The notes beneath the pieces were generated by a model, which searched no databases, was not told where the DNA came from, and saw only the letters and a program-made list of their open reading frames with translations. A program made the position numbers and the translations under genes. From positions 62,001 through 126,000 of the forward strand of contig RSEE01000037.1 in NCBI GenBank assembly GCA_003971905.1: a DNA stretch of 64,000 bases, in the 5' to 3' direction. This document shows, in pieces, positions 55,094 to 64,000 of the stretch. Source of the stretch: Moniliella sp. 'wahieum' (lineage: Eukaryota). Numbering within the stretch: the first letter of the stretch is position 1; every line of letters starts with the position of its first letter.

Positions 55094-57559
55094 ATGCCCC
55101 CGCCCCCCGAGCGCCTCCTCGCCCTCCCCCACCGACACCCTCCCCCTCCCCGACACCCTCCCCGTGCTCCGCCACGCGCTCGCCGACCTCAAGCACTCCT
55201 CTCCGCCTCCATCCGCCGCGCTCCCCCGCCCGCCCGCCCGCCGCCGCCGGCCCCGCCGCCCGCAAGCCCCGCCGACGCTCCCTCTCCGCCTCCCGCACCC
55301 ACTCGCCCCCGCCGCCTCCACGCCACCTCTCCCCTGCCCTCTGCCGCTGCGCGTGCGCCCGCCCCCTCGCCCCCCCCTCCCCGCCCCGGCACCTGCTGCC
55401 GCGCCCCTGCCCCCGCCCACCTCCGCCCCCGCGCCCCCAAGCTACCCCGCATCAAGATCCGCCGCGACCCCTCCTCGTGTCCTCTGCCGATCCCCGCCCC
55501 CCGCCACCGACCCTCCTCCCGCTCGCCCCGCCCGCCTCCGCCTCCGCCTCCGCCTCCGCTCCGCCTACGCCCACGTCTGCGCCCGTCCGCGCCCGCACCT
55601 GCTTCCGCCCCGGTCCAGGTCGCCAAGCGCAACGTGCCGTCCTCTCTCCCGATGATGACTTGCCCCTCGCCCGTCCCAACCCGCGCCGCTCCCATCCCAC
55701 ACCCAAGTACGTCCCCTCGTCCTTCCCCTCCCTCCCTCCTTCCCCCCCCCCCACCCCTCAAGTGGGACAACAAGCTGACAAGATCCTTTATTTCCCAGCC
55801 CTCGCTCGCGCCGGCCAACCCCGCCCTTCCTCCTCCTCTCTCCCTCCCGCCGCCCCCCCGAGCCCCCGTGGACCCGGCCTGGGCATTGCCCAGCTGACGC
55901 CAACGACCATCATGCCGCGCCTGGCCCACACGCGTGCGCGTCGGTGGAAGGCAACCCGCTGTACGAGTCGAGGGGACTTTAGCGCACGCGACTGGCGCGA
56001 CCGCGAACGGAGCGCGAACGCGACAGTGTCCCCCCGGGCGAGGTGCCTGCGCGCTCCCATACCAAAAGGGAAAAGAGGCAGCCCAGGTGCCATTGCAAAC
56101 GTTTTTTACTGCCATCGAACCCTACTTCAAGTCGATCACCGAAGACGACCTCGCTTGGCTCACCTCGGCCAGCCACGAAGAAGAAGCGGATGCGCATATC
56201 TTGATATGCCCCCGTTGGGACCGTACTACCGTCTGGCCTGGGACCAGGAACCGGTCCCGTCCCTCGGCGGTGGCGGACAGGCCGGGTCCACCGACGCTGT
56301 TGCCTCGGCCCGCGCCGCCGGGATCCGACAAAAAAACCGAACGGGTACAACCCTTCCTTTACCCCGGCCGCCTTGAGCGATCGCAGTTGGGTTACCGACG
56401 ATGCCGCCTCGGGCCCAACGACCCAACGTGTGGTTGCCTCCCTCCTGCCGCTGCCGCGTTCGCCGTCGCCGTCGCCCTCGTCGTCGGACGAACGGGAGGG
56501 CGCCCGGGGCGGAGAAAGGGGCGAGGAGGAGGAGGCCAAGGCACGCATGCCCTTGTTGGGTTTACGTCTGAAAGAGGTGGTACCTCTTCCGGCGGTGACC
56601 GCATCGTTGGACAAGATGTGGGCACATTTGAAACTCGTTTGCGGGACGAGTTGGAGATGTTACTAGCGCGTCCAGTGACAATGAACTTATCGGGATCGGG
56701 GCCTTCGCCACCCTCGCCCGCACTGTCCGCTTCCCTTCCCGTACCTCTGCTGCCACCGACTTCCCTGCCCTCGCCTACGCACCCGGCTGGCGAACCGCTG
56801 ACGATGAGGTGAGCTCGACGTTGCGCCGAGTGCAGCGCGCGTTGCGCCACGTCCGCACCCTCAACCACGCGCGCAAACACCGGCTCTTGGAAATCGCCCA
56901 GAAACGCATGGCCTACCAGGAATATCTCCATGGCCTTGCCTCCTTCGAACGCGAAATCGAACAGGGCTGGATTCGACGCCAACGCCAACTCCGCGCCCAA
57001 ACCGCCGCGGGAAAACGTAAAAAAATCATCACCATGCTCCATCGGCCAGCGCAGGCGGAGGCACAGGCGCAGGCGGACCACCTGCTGCTGCCCTGGCCGA
57101 TCCACATGGCACATCGGCCGGTACACCCGGTACCCCCCATCTCAACGTCAATGCCAATGCCAATGTCAATGGGGATTCCACAACCACTGGCACGGTCCCA
57201 GGCGCGGGCGCAGGAGCGTTGACTGCCGACTCTTGCTCACCACCGGCCGCCGCCGAACGCGTCGTCTCTCACCACGTGCTTCGAGCTATTGCCAACGAGC
57301 CAAATGGCAAGCGGCATTTGATGCCATGTTTGGCCACGATCCGCTCTGGAGCGGACCCCCGCCCGACTACAATCCTCATCACCGTCCCGATCACGATGGT
57401 GAAGCCGATGGCCATGGCGATCATGATGGCGATCATGAAGATGAGGATGATAACCCTTTTCTGTCTTCCGCTCCATCCCGCCCTTGCCCGCCGAAGCCGA
57501 GGGGTGGTAAAGCAAGCAGGCGCGGTGAGGGTGATGTGTCGCGTGGGGAAGTGAGGTGA
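55094..57559 (+). CDS. NGG1: SAGA/ADA histone acetyltransferase subunit Ada3
   Basis: QVPLQTFFTAIEPYFKSITEDDLAWL, PPLGPYY, GPTTQRVVASLL, FETRLRDEL, DDEVSSTLRRVQRALR...N.ARK.RL...MAYQEY. Ends approximate. Confidence 0.85.
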
Positions 57560-58850
57560 GGGTGGGGGGGAGTACTCGTCTAGCGCCCGTCTTTTGCTTC
57601 GGCGCTGGATGTGCGCTTAGGTGCTGGTGAACCAACAAGGGTTAAAGGGCCAAGCGGCGCAAAGGGAAGGTTCAAGGCTCACGGCTCATGGCTCAAGTGT
57701 AGAGGGTGGAGGGTCAAGGGTCAAAGGGTTGGATTGGAAGAAGCACATGCTTTGTTTCTCTTTTCTCTGCGTTTTCTTCCGCCTAGAGGGGTGGCCTTGT
57801 CTAGGTTTTTTTTTGCTTTCCCTGGGAGTTGCCTTCCCCGGGGGGGTTGCCTTCTCTGGCTTTGCTCTGGCTTGGGTTTACGATGGTGGGGTTGCTCCTG
57901 CTCCTGCTCCTGCTCCTGCTCTTCCTGCTCTTCTTGCTCTTGCGTCCACATACAATCGCAGCTCCATCGTGATAGCTCATTCCATCTCCCCATTCTACCC
58001 CTCCACCTCTGGATCTCTTGATTCGGAGTTTCGACACCTGAACCCCCTCCCCTCTGGTCGTCAGCCTAGTTCCGTCCCTAGTGCCCTCCTGCCCTCCTGG
58101 CTTCCTGGCTTGTTCTGGCTGCTCTGGCCTGCTCTGGTGACTAGCACTGACCAATGCCCCCTTCCGTCGCAGCGCGACGTACTTCATCCAACCAGAGGCA
58201 TCCTCCCCCCGTTGTAGTTCCCAGCGGTAGTGTCTCCATACTAGGTATAGCCATTATTAGTTGCTCCCAGTTGTCTTGTCCCGCGGTGCACTGTGCGCTC
58301 GTTGGGGTCTTCACTGCATGGACGCGCACTCACCATTTGCCCCACGCTGGTTCACGATCAAGTATACCAGTGGTACAATGATGCCGTGCCCAACCTGCCT
58401 ACGGCCTCGCTCAGCGCTGGTCCCACGAGCGCGCCCTGCCACGGCCAGAGGCACTGAAGGCAGCTGCTTGAGCAATAATACATCAGTGTCGATTATACCC
58501 TACGAGCACTTGCTCTCACCATCAAGTAGGAAGAGGTAGACAGGCACTGCAGATTCAATCCGATGTATTTCTCTACCGCAGTGTCCCATGAAACCGAGGG
58601 CCGAGACTCCAAAGCCCGACAAACAGGAAGGAAAATAGCCGATACGCCGGGAGTGCCAACGCCTCCCCTCCTTCCGCACAGGTCCGGCAGCAGCCACGGA
58701 GGTAAAGCTGCAAACTACAAGCGCGAGGCTTGGAGAAACAACACCACAAGAGACCAATGACAGTCTCGACCAAAGCATATGCGTACTGCACTACGTCCTC
58801 GAGTGCTTGGACTTGGTCCGGTCCGCAACAACCCACCCCGTATCGAACGA

Positions 58851-61374
58851 TCAAATACCTGTGCATACGGACAATTTTCCAGTCGATGTCCTCTGATCTG
58901 GAGTCAGCTTTTTTTCTGCTCCCCACCTCGTTCCACTGCACAGAGTGCAAACAGTAAAGAGACGCAAGCCACGTACCGTTCACCACAGTCGTCACACGTA
59001 TCCTGCGCCTCGTCGACACTTGACGTCGCGCTCGCTCCAGCGCCGCTCCCAGTGTGTCGGACTTGGGCACGTCCAACTCATTCCACTCATTCCCCAAGCT
59101 GAGGCCGTGAGCAGGACCGTCCAGCTGGGCATCTTCCAACTGCCAAACAAGATAAGCAAATGTCAGAAGCCCATCGCAACGTGAGAGGACCCCTCCCGCC
59201 CCCCTCTCCAGCCAAAAAAAACAACCACCACCACCACCACTAGACAAAAGAAAAAACGAAACGAAAAAAAAAAAAACGTACCTGTTGGCGATACCGCTCG
59301 CATTCGCCTTCCAATCCACGCACCACGCGTTCCAACTGACTTCGTCGCCCGTTCAGCCTCAATCTCGACCGTCGAACGAGTATGAAGGTGCTCAGCTTCA
59401 CTTTGGGCCAACGCAGCTGCCTGCTCTGCCTTTTCGGCCGCAGCGCGCGACACCACCACTTCCTCCTGCAACCGTTCGGCCTCGGCCAGCGCAAGGCCAA
59501 ACGCGATTCGAGCGCGTCCACACGACTCTCTAGCGCCGCCACATCCATCGCGGCACTCGTGGCACTCGCCGTGCTACTGCCGACACGGCACGTGCTGTCC
59601 CACTTCCCACAGAAGAAGGTTGTCTCCGGCCGGGATAGAGGTCCATCCGGCCCAGATCCTGGCCTCGCTCCTGTTGCTGCTGAGGATATGTCCCTGCCCT
59701 TGCTCTTGCCCTTGCGCTTTCTCTCGTTCTTGCTCTTGCTCTTGCTCAACGGCCGCAGTCGCGGTAGCAACCAAGTCCAATTCACGTTGATTCCATTCCT
59801 CCTCGCGCACCCGCTGCCGTGTACGGTAATCTCCTCGAGCTCATGCAAGCGTGCTTCGTACCGTTCCTCCAAAGCCTGTTCCCGTTGGGTCAGAGTAGCC
59901 TGCTGCAACGTCTCCACCGTAGCTTTCTGCTCTGCTCGAGCCTGGCTCGGTCTCGGTCAAAGCGCGCCCGTTCCTCAGCCAGCGCTGCTCGTGCAACGTT
60001 CGGCACGTCGTGGGTCGCCTCGTGGTAGCGCGTCTTCAGTTGCTCGTACCCCCGTAGCACAACTGCCAAGCCACCGTCTGGCTCCGTACCAACTCGCCAT
60101 CCCATTCCTTCGGCCCTTTCGACCCACTCACCTCCGCCGGCGCACTCCCAGCCGCGCCATTCCTGCCGTGCCCCCTCGCTTCAGACGGGGACATCACCGG
60201 CGCGTCCTCAGGCCGAGGATGGGGCGTACGCGCCCGCGTCGGCGAGCCGGCTCCACTTCGACGCGGACCAAACCAATTCGACGGCCCGGCAGAACGCGGG
60301 GATTGGAAGAACGTGGGCAGAGGAGGCAACGCCGGTGGCGGGCTAGCCACGATAGGGTTCCGAACGGGCTCGCACTGGGCTCGGGGGCGGGGGCGGGGGC
60401 GGGGGGTTGGGGGGACGTGTTGGTCCGGGACTGGCTCGGGGACCGGGGCAGAGGTGCGCGGGCTTTTCTCGGACGCCAAGGCGGGAAGGGGGGATGGGGA
60501 TGGCGGTCGGGTGCGGTAAAGAAGGTTGGGCACTCTGGGTACGTGCATGCTTACTTGGGCTCGTGCTACGCTCCGCCGCGGCCAATTCCAGTGCGCGGAT
60601 TCGTTCGGGGCTCGGCGGGGGGTAACGGGGCCAAGGGCGCGCGTCCGTCTTGCGTTGTCCATGTCGAGCTCGGCACGGGGGGCAAGGTGAGGGGTATGGG
60701 TCCTACGTGCTTTGGAGGACAAGGATCGCGCCTCGGCACTGGGCAACGTACTGGGTCGACGGGGTTGCGACAACAAACTGGCGTCGGATTTGGCCACATG
60801 CGAAGAACCGGTGGCGCGGGGTGGATCAGCGCGCTGGGACGCGGACGACGCAGCGGCGAGGTGCGGCCGGCAGAGGTGGGCCGAGCGGCGCTTGGGCCGT
60901 GGGTGGACGGAGTGGTGGGCCGGTCGGAACGCGAGAGCGGGCGGCGGGCAGAAGCTGATGCGGACGACGCTGAGACCGACACGGACGCCGACGCGATCCG
61001 CGTCGGGGTCTTGGAGCGCGAAGGGGGCCGTGGCAGCTCGCTGCGGCGAGGCGAAGGCGTGAGCCGCGTGCCGAGCGGGGAAGGCGAAGGCCGCGCTGGA
61101 CTCAACGTCGCGCCCGAGGGGGCGGGGAGCGCACGCACACGTGTGGGCGGAAGGAAGAGCCCAGCACCTTGGGACAGGTGAAGTAGCGCGTGCCAAATGC
61201 CACACCGTCGTTGCGGCCCAGGCCCATGCGCGTGGAAGGCGCGTCGAGCTCAATCCCGATCCAGAAACCGGTCCGGGTCGCGACAGGGCCAGCGTAGCGG
61301 ACAACACCGCTGCCCTCGCGCCCAGCAACATCGATCAGCACGCTCGTGCCGACGTCGAGGCCGGGCGAGGCCAT
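58851..61374 (-). CDS. CLIP-170/Bik1-like microtubule plus-end protein (CAP-Gly, coiled coil, CCHC knuckle); introns 59140-59281 and 58893-58976
   Basis: GVVRYAG...GFWIGIELD...GRNDG..GTRYFTC (CAP-Gly); Ser/Pro/Arg-rich linker; E/Q/A-rich coiled coil; spliced CDDCGER|GHRLENCP (CX2CX4HX4C). Confidence 0.85.
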
Positions 61375-61917
61375 GGCGGGGGGGGAGACGGGGGTGGCGG
61401 TGGCGGAGGGGGGGCAGTTCGGCCGGGGCGGAGGTGGATGGGGGCCGAGTGTGTTGCGCGCCGCCGAGGCGTCCAGCCGCGGCGCCGGGGGGCACGTGCG
61501 GGTTACGTAACACGCCCGTCGCACCCCGGATCGAGGCGCCCGCAGCTCAGAACCTGCGGTGCGCGTGCCTCGGAGCAGGAACACGACGACCCGCGCACAC
61601 GGCGGGGCGTGTTGGGCGCTGTCTGGCGCGGCTGCCATCGTCGCCGGCCACCCACGGCGCAGCCCTTGCGGCCATAACCCCCAGATAGCCACCACCGTCC
61701 CTGTACGCATCCCCATCCTCGCAAAGGAACAGCGCGGCACGTGGAGGCATCCGCGTTTGAAATTTGAGGGTGGGTGTGCGTGGTTGCAATTTCAACTTTG
61801 CTCTCCACCGACCCCTTGCAGCTCCTGGGCCCTTACGCGCATGCGCTCGCCTGAATGCACCCCCACCCCCACCACCACCACCCCACCACCACCACCCTTG
61901 CCTTGCTTGCCGCCTCC

Positions 61918-63691
61918 ATGCCTTCCTCAGACGCTTCCCTCCTCTCCAGCTCCAACACCAGCAGCCCCACCCCGCCCAGCCGCCTGCAGATGGCGCGCGC
62001 ACGTGCAAAGATCAACGCTCGCAATTTCCGCAAGTCTCCCGCCCTGACGCCGCTGCCGGAAGAGCCTCGTGCCGATTCCCCCCGCAGTGCTTGTATGCTC
62101 AACCCCACCTCGCCGAATGATACCACCAGCGCCTGTGAGTCTTTTTGCGGAAGCGCTTCCCAGAGCATCGTATCTAGTGACAAGGATGACGGCTTTGGTG
62201 CTGCCTTCGCCGCCTTTGCTCGCAAAGTCACTGTCCTCCAGACTCAACTCGACGCGGTCACGTCCAACGATAGCATTGACTTGGCATCGGTCGTTCGCGA
62301 CCTGAAGGATCACGGACAACAGCTCCAATCCCTTTCCCGGCGCATGGATACGTTTGAATGCCGGCTCGAGCCGATCGAAGAGCGCTGGCCTCCCTCGAGG
62401 CCCAGGCCGATTCCCTCCACCAGCACACCTGTAGCCTTGACCCGGAGGAAATTGCGCTCACCTCCCGCCGTGTCTTAGAACTCACGTTGGACTGCACAAC
62501 GATTGAGGAGCGCTGCCTGGAGGTCGAAGAAGCGCTCGCCGCTCTGGAGCTGCACGTGAAGCAGTCGCCCTCAACGCCGTCTGAGCCAGAAGATATGACC
62601 GCAGCAGCGACGGAATCCACCGAGCTTTACGACACTGACTTCGCCGACGGCTGCAGCGATGCCACAGTCCCCCCGTCCCACGACCGCGTTCAAACGTCGC
62701 CAATGTCGTCCCAGTCATCCCCGGTCATTCTTCAGAGTGAACCAGCCTCGTTCGTATCGGAAACCCCTGCAAGTAACGCGTCCGCCTCCTCGAGGCCGCG
62801 CCTACCGCACGTTGTCACTCCGCAGCCCTCCCCTCCTTCAAGCACTGCTTCTCCGCCCGTGGATTCCAAGTGGCTTGAAGCCGACGTCGCTCCCGTGGTG
62901 GCACCCGGACCGTGGGAAGAGGCTAACGAGAACTACGAGCCTCCCGAGCAGACGCGGACGAATCTTATGCGCATTCTCAAGCCCTTCGGTGATTCCTGGT
63001 GGGCTCTGCGCGACTTTTTTTTCAGGGTCTGGAATCTGCGCGAGTTTTGGGGCGATATAGCTCTTACCCGTTTTGTCATCGCCAATGTGCCCCCCGCCGT
63101 TCGCGATGCAGCCACCCAGCACGGCAGCTTCCGTGCTGCTGCCTTCCGAGGGGATCTTCCCTGCGTTCTCACCCTTTTGGACTTGAACTTTGCTCGTCCG
63201 TCGCCCCCGAGTTGAGTTCGACCGTTAACAAACCATGGGATACCCTCACCGAGTCGCTTGTTATGTTCCAACAGCGCTGCATGGGCATGGAACGCGCATT
63301 GGTGGGTAATTCCAACCAGACCTATCTGGCTTCGTCTTTTATTCGGGGCATACCGGAAGCGATGCGCTGTCAGCTGTGTGCCGATGACTTCTTTGACCCG
63401 GACCATGCCTTCACCGTCGTGGCTTCCCTCCTGGGTCGACCTGAATATGCCCACATCGCCTGTGAATTCCCGAGCCCGTGCTCAACTCCTCCCGTATCAT
63501 CTCCTCCGAACCTGACACCTCCAAACCTGCAACCGTCGAACCTGCCACCCCCGAATCCGCCGCCCGTTCCAGCCTCGACTCCGACGACGGAGCCATTGTT
63601 CGCATTCACTCTATGTATCGCACCGCTAGCCACTCCCCCGTCTCGCCTCACTCACTTCAATCCGATGGGCCTGTGCAACGTGCCGGTTTGA
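61918..63691 (+). CDS. Hypothetical protein: coiled coil plus possible retrotransposon Gag capsid-like region
   Basis: Stitched from ORFs 61855, 62358 and 62999. 'TESLVMFQQRC...LASSFIRGIPEAMRCQL' resembles Ty3/gypsy Gag C-terminal motifs. No pol domains are visible in the window. Confidence 0.45.
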
Positions 63692-63837
63692 ATGACGGCG
63701 TCGAGCCCCTCCTCTCTCCGTCCCTCTGGCACGCCACAGCCCGGCGGGATCGAGCGGCGCGTACTCTCACTTGTCGCACTCAACGCACGCATACGATCTC
63801 TGAGAGCTTGACCTCCCAGTATGTGAATAGGCTTGCC

Positions 63838-63884
63838 AAGTCCAAGTCCAAGTCCAAGTCCAATTCCAAGTCCAATTCCAAGTC
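63838..63884. repeat. (AAGTCC/AATTCC)n hexamer repeat
   Basis: Directly visible, about 8 units. Confidence 0.85.
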
Positions 63885-64000
63885 TCGATATAATGCCCTG
63901 TCCGATTCCCGGCCGACCCCCGTTTAATTTCCTGGTCTCAGTCGTCGTCCAGTCGTCTCATCATCCCACTTCCAGCTCCGGCATACCCTTACTTTATGAA

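Noticed and set aside
58378..58460. Box C/D snoRNA (ATGATG...CTGA)
   Set aside because: Box C is imperfect, there is no convincing terminal stem, and no rRNA guide was recognised.
59382..61181. 599-aa plus-strand ORF
   Set aside because: It is antisense to the CAP-Gly/coiled-coil gene and has no motifs of its own.

Overview
This window is eukaryotic, GC-rich fungal genomic DNA, most likely an intron-poor basidiomycete. The taxon is inferred from gene content and from short GT-AG introns with CTRAC-like branch points. About 20 protein-coding loci can be recognised: an FMO-like monooxygenase, two C2H2 transcription factors, COX13, an MPK1/SLT2 MAP kinase, a sedolisin (S53) peptidase, an alpha-arrestin, the molybdopterin synthase large subunit, cystathionine gamma-synthase, an SSXT/SS18-like Q/P-rich protein, TAF4, CDC14, a TMEM135-like protein, PGI1, an MhpA-like hydroxylase, aminopeptidase P, ADA3/NGG1, a CLIP-170/Bik1-like CAP-Gly protein and a gag-like ORF. 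Nearly all are broken by apparent 1-bp indels, probably uncorrected long-read errors, so gene models were stitched across frames by eye and their ends are approximate. The most notable observations are: (1) a tail-to-tail pair of ~250-bp non-autonomous Helitron-like elements with double GNA-loop hairpins, forming a long inverted repeat; (2) two in-phase alternative terminal exons in the MAP kinase; (3) repeated head-to-head gene pairs; (4) dense intergenic clusters of short palindromic words. No CRISPR array, rRNA or tRNA was recognised.
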